A stretch of DNA of 64,000 nucleotides from Lytechinus pictus. Lineage: Eukaryota. Position numbers and translations under genes: made by a program. Of this stretch, positions 14,401-26,400 are shown piece by piece; position 1 is the stretch's first letter; every line of letters starts with the position of its first letter. The notes under the pieces are model-generated. The model saw only the letters and a program-made list of their open reading frames with translations. It was not told the DNA's origin and made no database searches. The stretch is from assembly GCF_037042905.1 (NCBI RefSeq), contig NC_087245.1:1426001-1490000 (forward strand), given 5' to 3'.

Positions 14401-17400
14401 CTGTCTCCCTTCATCAAGTTGCTTGAATTTGTGCAAGTAAACAAGTAAACATTTTAAACATGTTTTTGATTATACAAGCATACAAAAATCAGTGGTATTT
14501 ACAAGCTAGATTAAATGTCATAATTTTCCATTCAATTATTTTGAGTATTTGTACCATCCATGACACAGGTATATCACGAAAAGATTCGGACATGAATGCC
14601 ATGCAGAAGAAAATGGTTGTAAGGTAATGGAATAAAATCTTCAAGTTCAAGCACAGATTTGGTTTCAGTAATATGATAACATTATTAGTAAGATATTAAC
14701 ATCATTGATAACTACGCTAATTATATTGTTATAACCATAACAAATAATTATTATTAATAAATATCTTAACCACGATGATCACAATGATCATTCTGTTAGG
14801 AATACCTTAGGTAAAGAAGAAAATGGTTGAAAGGGTAATGTAAATGAATAAAATTGTAGTACTTTATTTTGTTTGGTTGTATGTTATTTGTTTTTATGTG
14901 CAAATAATAATACATGTTTAATGATTATATCGTTGAAAAAAACTGATAATGATCATAACGCCCAAAAAGATAGCTGCATGTATTAATAAAATGATGATGA
15001 TGATGATAATTGTAGGAAATAGAAGATGTGTAAAGGAAAAAAAGAAAAATATGAAGAGGGAGAGGAAAGGGGAAAAGAAGAAGAGTAAAAGGGAGGAGAC
15101 TGAAGAAGAAAGAGGGGAACAATACTATCAAGAGAAGAATATGATGGGGAAAATAAGGAGTAAAAATTTAAGACTGAAAGACAAAGGAAAATGTAGGAGG
15201 ACTGGAAAAAATGAAGAAGGAAGAGGAAAATGAGGAGGAGGAAAATGAGAAGGGAATGGGAAAAGAAGAAGGGAGGGGGTGGAGAAAAAGAAGAAGATGA
15301 AATAGGGTAAATTTTATAAAATAATAAGGCATAGTAATGTTTTCCTCTTTGTTTCTTATAGGAGTATACCAAGTATACTAGAGTACGTGAGTTTTATGTT
15401 CTACCCTCAAAGTCTACTTTGTGGTCCTATCGTATACTATGCCGACTACAGTGTCTTTATACATGGTACCAAACATAAAGTTACACAGGTCAATTCAGAT
15501 GGGAAGGCGGTTATTATTTACCGGGAACCATCTGCTGCTGTAAGTATTTACTTTTATTTCATTCGCTATGGTCATGCTAGGGAAATAATTTTCCTTGTAT
15601 TGCATCGCAGTTTGCTCAAAAACTCTTTTCCGTAGCAGATTTTTACATAGGATTAGGACCATGCAGACCTTTTCTCCTAAAGACCAGAAATGCTAATCAA
15701 GTTTGGTAAGCAAAGTTATTCCCTGAAACTGATATTTTCTTGACTGTTTTTTTGTCTCGTCCACCAGAGGTTAAGGCGAGACAAAGAGATACAAATGGCA
15801 CCAGTCTGTCAGTTGTCCACTTGTCACAAATGTTAAAGTTTACTTGCAAGACTCTCTTATGAAACATGTGTTGGCGATTGTTGCTGTTATGGTAATTGGG
15901 AAACAGATGTGCTTCAGGTAGCTAGGTAGATGTTGTAGCAGTAGGTCGTACATTTTCTAGAGTGGTTGTAGAGCTCCACTCTACAGTGGCAGTGGCTAAA
16001 GCAATTTTTACAGATGAAGGATGAGGGCGCTGAGACAGATCATGCTGACCCGCCTTCATGCTACATGTAGCTTCTTTGGTCTGTCAATGGACCATTCCTG
16101 TTAGTTTCTGTCATCTTGACACCTACACTGACAGTAGCTGTCCATAGATTGTGACTATCAGCTACATTTTCCCAAGTGATAGTGTCTATGCTGGCAATTT
16201 TCATGTCACATTTGCAGGTGTCATTGAAACGGAGGTGAGGGCTTCTGATGAGGCAAGACCCATTGCACAGCTCACCGTACATCATGTCGTTTGGGATACG
16301 CCCAGGTGTCATGTGGCAAACATTCCCCAACTTTGTGTACATTCATAGTAATATCAATCATGGTCATTACAGGTCAGATTGGAAGGGAAAGTCCACCTCA
16401 ATAAAATGTTGATTTGAATAAGAAGAGAAAATAAAAGAAGCATAATGCTGAAAAATCATCAAAAAATCTGATGTAAAATTGAAAATCTCTGTCATTTTGA
16501 AAACATTTTGCTTCCTTTTTTTTTCTTCACAAAACAGTTATATATATGTACAACTCAGTGACATGCAAATGAGAGAGTCAATGATGTCCTTCACTAACTA
16601 TTTCTTTTGTATGTCATTGTCTGAACTATACAATATTTCAATTTTTGCAGATTTGACTTAAAAAATATTCTTCACCATAACAATAGGTTACAACAATTGC
16701 AATTCCACATGTTCAGGGAAGAATCAAACTTTGTTTCCTGTTATAAGTGAGGAGAAAATCAAAATATTTCATATATATACATGTGTAATAAAATGCAAAA
16801 GTGTTTGATGTCATCAGTTCCCTCATTTTCTCATTGACCAGAATGTCATGTGCATATCACTGTTTTGTGAATTTAAGCTTAACTTTATAAGAGTTCTTTT
16901 CAGAGCTAACAATCAGCCAAGAAAGATAACCCAACAGTCCTTATATAAACAAACATAGTGTATACTGTAAACATACCTAATAATTTTATAATGTAATAAC
17001 TTTCTCACTTTGGAACCTGAATTTTATGAGATGGTTAGTGCTCATTTTGCGTGATTTTCCTCATTTTATTCAAATAAACTTTTTTTGTGTGTTTGGCAGA
17101 CTCTCCCTTTAAAGGAGAATATTATCATAAGTGGATATAGTAATTAAGAGAAAATCAGATGAGTGGACTGGGGAATGTTTGAATAAAATGAGACCAAACT
17201 GTAAGTTTTATACAGCAGTAATCATTACAGGCTCTTTGAATTGGCCACACATGATATCAGTGTAATGTAGGGTATTCCTGAATTTGCTTCCATATACAAA
17301 ATTATTTGAATGTATTTTTTTATACAGGTTTTCTTCTCAGATATTTTTTTCATGAGGACATGAATGAATATATGTTAAATTTTCATAATGACCTTGCCAT

Positions 17401-20400
17401 TTGCCATGATCTACTCATAATCATGAAATAACCAGTTTGAGATTGACAGTCTTAGTGATCTCATTTTTAAGCTATGATAACTTTCATATTCCTTGTCTGA
17501 TTTGATTGAATTTGTGACTGTGAATTTGTCTACTTTTCTAATTTCCACATTTTGTGCTCTTTTATCATTTTTTCCAGGTGGCAATCATGAAGAAATTGAT
17601 ATTCACAATATTTTGTGCATTGGTATTGTTATTTCTAGTACCCAAGTACCCAATAATGGCCAATGTTGGTGAGTCTTGTGTTATAATGCAGTATACAGTG
17701 TGAGAGACTTTATTATCAGCTTTACATACCAAAAGCTAGCAAACAATATCTCTCTTGCAAATTAGAAGTATGATAGTACAAATGTGAATAATAGTTTCTT
17801 TCATGTCAGAAATATAGATGACATTTGCTAGTCATTAACTACACATTCGCTTATAGCTTGTGAGGGATCAACTTTAAACTTGGCTGATCATTTGTGCATA
17901 TAATAGTAACAATGATCTGATAACTTTCAGAGTTGAAATAAAAGTTTAATATAAGGTAATGTATACATGAAAAAATGATCTTGTGAATAACCATTATATG
18001 GATTTCATTTTAAATATAAACTTGGGGGTCATGTATGCATATTACAGTGAAGATAACTTGATATGATCTCTATGACAATGGTTGTAGATTGAGTGGCTGA
18101 TGGACACAATTTCCAATCTATCCAATATATAAATTAGAATACATCTTGTGTTATTGATGTAATTAATAAAAAGTAACAATCTGATTTGATCAAGAAGGTT
18201 TTTTTTTTAATTAAAAATCTGGATATGATGTAGCCATATGTTGAGACTGAGCAGTCTTGTATCTATCTCATTTTTTCTTTTCTTTTTAAGATGAGGATCA
18301 CTTGGCAAATAGTTCATTCTGGTATAAGATGTTCTGTATGATGATATCAGTAGAATTTGCCAAATCCAAGTACTTCTTTGGATGGGTGTTGGGTAAGTTT
18401 TTCGTTTCAAATCAGCACAAAGTCTATAATAGGATAAATGTAAACCATTTTAAATGTATGGAATCAGCAGGATTTGAACCAGTGACCTGGCAGTCAGTCA
18501 CTCTTTAAGACATTTCTGGTTTGCACCTGACAATATGATTGCTTGCTTCATTTGAAATAAATCTTGGAATTTTAGACAGAAAGTCAGGAACTCTGAACAC
18601 CATAAACACCTTCCTCTTTTAGTAGTTTCTTTTAGTTATATGAATTCAATATTCAAACCAATCTATTTCTAAATGTAATGATGATTGTTGTCATTGATTT
18701 TTCTCAGCTGATGCTATTCATAATGCTGCCGGTATGGGGTTCAATGGTTATGATGACAAAGGAAATCCAAAATGGGATGCTGCCTCAAATGTTAATGTAT
18801 GGAACTTTGAAGTGAGTATTAGAGTATGATCTGAAACTTACATTATAATTTAATAATCTCAAAATGAGTTCAAAGAAATTGCAATATATTGATGTCATAG
18901 TTGCTTTTATATTGAAAAGAAAAGTAAGTGTGTGATTATTCTGGTTGAAAATATCTAATTGCTGATTAAGCAAATTAAGCATGGCATCTCAGTCAGGTGT
19001 ATAGTCCTTTCCAAGTAATAACACACTGTCCCACATTGGGCATGTCTGTGTTAGCATCTCAAGTGTGATCATTTTTCAGCTGAGATTTCATGATTTCACA
19101 AAATTTTGTGTATTTAAACGTACAAATATATGATGACAATTAACCTTGATTTTAAAGACTCATGAAATAATTATTGCTGTAACTCCATTAGTTTAGCTTT
19201 AAACCTAAAAAGACTGGACTATTCCAATGCCTAAGGAGACGGGGGGGGGGGGGGGGGGGTGCTGATTCAGCCCCCCTTATGATCTTGCGCGATTGCAATA
19301 AAATTGGCTCCCGCACTACCCATGGCATAATCTACAAAATAAAGTCAAACTCTTAATAATATATCATTTCTAATTAATTATGCAAATTTACGCATAAAAT
19401 CACAATTTTTCTCTAAAATGCTTATTATTATTCACAGAATCTTTATAGGATTCTGATCAAATGTTCTTTAAAAAAATTCAATATCACAATTATTTTCATA
19501 TGTATTTTTTAGTTTTGGAGATTTCTTATTTATTTCTTTCTTTTTCGACTTGCTGTTTTTCATGATTTTGATGGAATTCGTCGAGGACTTTATTCTGACC
19601 ATAAACAACTTGAAATTAATTGAGTTTAATCTGTAAAAGGACAAATGATAATACATTTATGAATTTGGGCTAAAAACACTATTTGCATTGGATTTGTACA
19701 CAAATTCATGTTTATGAGCAATTTGGGGTCTGCATGCACTTACGAAATATTGCATAATGTTGGAATTAGCCACCTAGGGGAGGCTAATTAGGTCTCAAAA
19801 TTTGCCCGAGACTTGAAAATGAAAAGTCAGTAAGTGGCCCGGTCAAAAAAATTTGCGCTGCGGGTTTGTGGCAAAAAATGCTGGGGGGGGGGGGCTTATT
19901 CAGCCCACCTGTCTTATTAGGGTTAATAATATTGCCCTCTTATTTGGAAGATGTAACAATTGACTTCTGTATCAACCACCCCTCCTGGCACTGTTGACCT
20001 AAAAAAGTAGAATGTAGAATTAGATGTGATAAAAGCAGATAAGTTAGAAAATTGCCAATGAAGGTTTAATGAAAATCCACCAAATAATAAATAGTTTAAT
20101 ATTAAAAACTTAATAGCTTGGTAAAATAAAATAACCTATAAGCAACCCCAGGTGAGTGTTTCCTAAAGCTGTTTTACGCACAACTGGTGATCCTTTCTTG
20201 TACTATGTGATATCCCTGTATAATTGATTTATGACCTAAGATAGTATGAACATGTTTCAATCTTTCATAAAGTCATGCATAACTTTATAACAAACAGCTT
20301 TATGAAACGCCCGCCTGGTGTGGATAAATATGTAAGTCTATTGATGAAATATTGCAATGATTATTTTAGCCAAACAATCCCATATTTTCTGATGATCATG

Positions 20401-23400
20401 ATCGATTTATTCACCTTTTCCATTTTCGCTGTAGTTTCCTACGAACCTGAAAGTGTTAGTGGATAGTTGGAACCGAAGCACCCTTGTTTGGTTACGATAC
20501 ACCTGCTACGATAGAGTGACTTTTCAACCTGCCCTTATGACCTTCTTACTCTCATCAATCTGGCATGGTTTCTTCCCTGGATTATTTGTAACATTTCTAT
20601 CAGGTCATCTCATGTTAATGGCATCTAAAAAGGTAACATTTCTATCAGGTCATCTCATGTTAATGGCATCTAAAAAGGTAACATTTCTATCAGGTCATCT
20701 CATGTTAATGGCATCTAAAAAGGTAACATTTCTATCAGGTCATCTCATGTTAATGGCATCTAAAAAGGTAACATTTCTATCAGGTCATCTCATGTTAATG
20801 GCTTCTAAAAAGGTAACATTTCTATCAGGTCATCTCATGTTAATGGCATCTAAAAAGGTAACATTTCTATCAGGTCATCTCATGTTAATGGCATCTAAAA
20901 AGGGAACATTTCTATCAGGTCATCTCATGTTAATGGCATCTAAAAGGGTAACATTTCTATCAGGTCATCTCATGTTAATGGCTTCTAAAAAGGTAATATT
21001 TCTATCAGGTCATCTCATGTTAATGGCTTCTAAAAAGGTAACATTTCTATCAGGTCATCTCATGTTAATGGCATCTAAAAAGGTAACATTTCTATCAGGT
21101 CATATCATGTTAATGGCATCTAAAAAGGTAACATTTCTATCAGGTCATCTCATGTTAATGGCATCTAAAAAGGTAACATTTCTATCAGGTCATCTCATGT
21201 TAATGGCTTCTTAAAGGGAACATTTCTATCAGGTCATCTCATGTTAATGGCTTCTAAAAAGGTAATATTTCTATCAGATCATCTCATGTTAATGGCTTCT
21301 AAAAAGGTAACATTTCTATCAGGTCATCTCATGTTAATGGCTTCTAAAAAGGTAATATTTCTATCAGGTCATCTCATGTTAATGGCATCTAAAAAGGTAA
21401 CATTTCTATCAGGTCATCTCATGTTAATGGCTTCTAAAAAGGTAACATTTCTATCAGGTCATCTCATGTTAATGGCTTCTAAAAAGGTAACATTTCTATC
21501 AGGTCATCTCATGTTAATGGCATCTAAAAAGGTAACATTTCTATCAGGTCATCTCATGTTAATGGCTTCTAAAAAGGTAACATTTCTATCAGGTCATCTC
21601 ATGTTAATGGCATCTAAAAAGGTAATATTTCTATCAGGTCATCTCATGTTAATGGCTTCTAAAAAGGTAATATTTCTATCAGGTCATCTCATGTTAATGG
21701 CATCTAAAAAGGTAACATTTCTATCAGGTCATCTCATGTTAATGGCTTCTAAAAAGGTAACATTTCTATCAGGTCATCTCATGTTAATGGCTTCTAAAAA
21801 GGTAAAATTTCTATCAGGTCATCTCATGTTAATGGCATCTAAAAAGGTAACATTTCTATCAGGTCATCTCATGTTAATGGCTTCTAAAAAGGTAACATTT
21901 CTATCAGGTCATCTCATGTTATTGGCTTCTAAAAAGGTAACATTTCTATCAGGTCATCTCATGTTAATGGCATCTAAAAAGGTAACATTTCTATCAGGTC
22001 ATCTCATGTTAATGGCATCTAAAAAGGTAACATTTCTATCAGGTCATCTCATGTTAATGGCTTCTAAAAGGGAACATTTCTATCAGGTCATCTCATGTTA
22101 ATGGCTTCTAAAAAGGTAACATTTCTGTCAGGTCATCTCATGTTAATGGCTTCTAAAAAGGTAACATTTCTATCAGGTCATCTCATGTTAATGGCATCTA
22201 AAAAGGGAACATTTCTATCAGGTCATCTCATGTTAATGGCTTCTAAAAAGGTAACATTTCTATCAGGTCATCTCATGTTAATGGCTTCTAAAAAGGTAAC
22301 ATTTCTATCAGGTCATCTCATGTTAATGGCATCTAAAAAGGTAACATTTCTATCAGGTCATCTCATGTTAATGGCATCTAAAAAGGTAACATTTCTATCA
22401 GGTCATCTCATGTTAATGGCATCTAAAAAGGTAACATTTCTATCAGGTCATCTCATGTTAATGGCTTCTTAAAGGGAACATTTCTATCAGGTCATCTCAT
22501 GTTAATGGCATCTAAAAAGGTAACATTTCTATCAGGTCATCTCATGTTAATGGCTTCTAAAAAGGTAACATTTCTATCAGGTCATCTCATGTTAATGGCA
22601 TCTAAAAAGGTAACATTTCTATCAGGTCATCTCATGTTAATGGCTTCTAAAAAGGTAACATTTCTATCAGGTCATCTCATGTTAATGGCATCTAAAAAGG
22701 TAATATTTCTATCAGGTCATCTCATGTTAATGGCTTCTAAAAAGGTAACATTTCTATCAGGTCATCTCATGTTAATGGCATCTAAAAAGGTAACATTTCT
22801 ATTAGGTCATCTCATGTTAATGGCTTCTTAAAGGGAACATTTCTATCAGGTCATCTCATGTTAATGGCTTCTAAAAAGGTAACATTTCTATCAGGTCATC
22901 TCATGTTAATGGCTTCTAAAAAGGTAAAATTTCTATCAGGTCATCTCATGTTAATGGCATCTAAAAAGGTAACATTTCTATCAGGTCATCTCATGTTAAT
23001 GGCTTCTAAAAAGGTAACATTTCTATCAGGTCATCTCATGTTATTGGCTTCTAAAAAGGTAACATTTCTATCAGGTCATCTCATGTTAATGGCTTCTAAA
23101 AAGGTAACATTTCTATCAGGTCATCTCATGTTAATGGCTTCTAAAAAGGTAATATTTCTATCAGGTCATCTCATGTTAATGGCATCTAAAAAGGTAACAT
23201 TTCTATCAGGTCATCTCATGTTAATGGCTTCTAAAAAGGTAACATTTCTATCAGGTCATCTCATGTTAATGGCTTCTAAAAAGGTAACATTTCTATCAGG
23301 TCATCTCATGTTAATGGCATCTAAAAAGGTAACATTTCTATCAGGTCATCTCATGTTAATGGCTTCTAAAAAGGTAACATTTCTATCAGGTCATCTCATG

Positions 23401-26400
23401 TTAATGGCATCTAAAAAGGTAATATTTCTATCAGGTCATCTCATGTTAATGGCTTCTAAAAAGGTAATATTTCTATCAGGTCATCTCATGTTAATGGCAT
23501 CTAAAAAGGTAACATTTCTATCAGGTCATCTCATGTTAATGGCTTCTAAAAAGGTAACATTTCTATCAGGTCATCTCATGTTAATGGCTTCTAAAAAGGT
23601 AAAATTTCTATCAGGTCATCTCATGTTAATGGCATCTAAAAAGGTAACATTTCTATCAGGTCATCTCATGTTAATGGCTTCTAAAAAGGTAACATTTCTA
23701 TCAGGTCATCTCATGTTATTGGCTTCTAAAAAGGTAACATTTCTATCAGGTCATCTCATGTTAATGGCATCTAAAAAGGTAACATTTCTATCAGGTCATC
23801 TCATGTTAATGGCATCTAAAAAGGTAACATTTCTATCAGGTCATCTCATGTTAATGGCTTCTAAAAGGGAACATTTCTATCAGGTCATCTCATGTTAATG
23901 GCTTCTAAAAAGGTAACATTTCTATCAGGTCATCTCATGTTAATGGCTTCTAAAAAGGTAACATTTCTGTCAGGTCATCTCATGTTAATGGCTTCTAAAA
24001 AGGTAACATTTCTATCAGGTCATCTCATGTTAATGGCATCTAAAAAGGGAACATTTCTATCAGGTCATCTCATGTTAATGGCTTCTAAAAAGGTAACATT
24101 TCTATCAGGTCATCTCATGTTAATGGCTTCTAAAAAGGTAACATTTCTATCAGGTCATCTCATGTTAATGGCATCTAAAAAGGGAACATTTCTATCAGGT
24201 CATCTCATGTTAATGGCTTCTAAAAAGGTAACATTTCTATCAGGTCATCTCATGTTAATGGCATCTAAAAAGGTAACATTTCTATCAGGTCATCTCATGT
24301 TAATGGCTTCTTAAAGGGAACATTTCTATCAGGTCATCTCATGTTAATGGCATCTAAAAAGGTAACATTTCTATCAGGTCATCTCATGTTAATGGCTTCT
24401 TAAAGGGAACATTTCTATCAGGTCATCTCATGTTAATGGCATCTAAAAAGGTAACATTTCTATCAGGTCATCTCATGTTAATGGCATCTAAAAAGGTAAC
24501 ATTTCTATCAGGTCATCTCATGTTAATGGCTTCTAAAAAGGTAACATTTCTATCAGGTCATCTCATGTTAATGGCTTCTAAAAAGGGAACATTTCTATCA
24601 GGTCATCTCATGTTAATGGCATCTAAAAAGGTAACATTTCTATCAGGTCATCTCATGTTAATGGCATCTAAAAAGGTAACATTTATATCAGGTCATCTCA
24701 TGTTAATGGCTTCTAAAAAGGTAACATTTCTATCAGGTCATCTCATGTTAATGGCTTCTAAAAAGGTAACATTTATATCAGGTCATCTCATGTTAATGGC
24801 TTCTAAAAACGTAACATTTCTATCAGGTCATCTCATGTTAATGGCATCTAAAAAGGTAACATTTCTATCAGGTCATCTCATGTTAATGGCATCTAAAAAG
24901 GTAACATTTCTATCAGGTCATCTCATGTTAATGGCATCTAAAAAGGTAACATTTCTATCAGGTCATCTCATGTTCATGGCATCTAAAAAGGTAACATTTC
25001 TATCAGGTCATCTCATGTTAATGGCTTCTTAAAGGGAACATTTCTATCAGGTCATCTCATGTTAATGGCATCTAAAAAGGTAACATTTCTATCAGGTCAT
25101 CTCATGTTAATGGCATCTAAAAAGGTAACATTTCTATCAGGTCATCTCATGTTCATGGCATCTAAAAAGGTAACATTTCTATCAGGTCATCTCATGTTAA
25201 TGGCTTCTACAAATGTAATTTTTCTTTCACTCTGATATAACCTGCTTTTATGCCTAATATCCATTTATTTAATATTTTGCTGAAATTATCATCCACATCC
25301 CTATGAAGTGAATGTTGTCTCTTAAAAAACAAAATATATCAATTATATTATATGGCTTTTCTCAAGTATATTGTATTTAATGTGTTTTTTTTCTTTTTGT
25401 CACTATTTCAGGTCCGGGCAAATGTCAGGCCTCTTTTCCAGGGGTCATACCAGAGTAGTGCATTTTATGATGTCTTAACTTGGGCAACAACTTATGTTAC
25501 TTTAGCCTACATCATCACACCTTTCACCTACCTAAGGCTTGATCTATCTATCAAATTCTTTAAGTAAGTATTTATGATTTTATGGTAATATGTTCAGAAC
25601 AGAAAACATTTTTTTTCTTATGATAATAGGTAAGAATATCAAAGAGTACCAAAAAGTATCTTAATAATTCTTGAAAGATAGACTTTTTATGCATTAAGAA
25701 ATCTAGAGTATAAAAATATGTGCTTACACAAATAAAATGGGTTTTTTCAATTGATAGAGAAAACCTAACAAGGGCAAAAATTAAAAGTACAAGAAGAAAT
25801 TTATAGTATTTAGGGTTTGCATAAACCCCCAGTTATATGTACAATATGGGTGGTATATGTATGCACAACTGAGGGATGAATGACTTCATACAGTATATTA
25901 GTTTGATTCCATCTTGAACATGTGAAGTTTCTATCATAATTTGATTATGGTTCAATTAAAATCTTTTTATCAAATCTATGAACATTTACAATATAAAAAA
26001 TAAATGATAACAAAAAACAGTGAGTGTGTGACATCAGCCCATTTGCATAACATATTTGTTGTGCATTTTACTGTTTATTGAAATTAAGTGCAAATTAAAA
26101 ATGTAATATCTATTGTTGATAAAATGATCAGGGTTATGAATGATTGGTTTTTATCTTTTCTCTCAATTCAACTTACTATTTGGTTGAATATGACCTATTC
26201 TATGTTCCCTGATTTTCTGTTTTGGGTTTTTTTGTTGTTGATATATTTGACATTCTTGTCTCATTGGCTTATTCAAATCTTCAAATTTTTATATGCCTAT
26301 ATAGTGAGAGAAAGTTGGCTCTCTGTAAGCATGTAACTGATTTGCCTGAAAGGTATCTATTTGTTTTCTTTGTTCAGTTCCATTTACTGGTGGCTTCACA

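Noticed and set aside
21241..25032. Long repetitive ORFs (286, 125, 110, 346, 140 and 200 aa) as independent genes
   Set aside because: They are by-products of a stop-free 45-bp unit, are broken by 1-nt deletions and TAA variants, and lack their own gene context.
20588..25214. CRISPR array interpretation of the 45-bp periodic repeat
   Set aside because: Units are contiguous with no unique spacers, there are no cas genes, the context is a eukaryotic intron, and the unit derives from the host exon.
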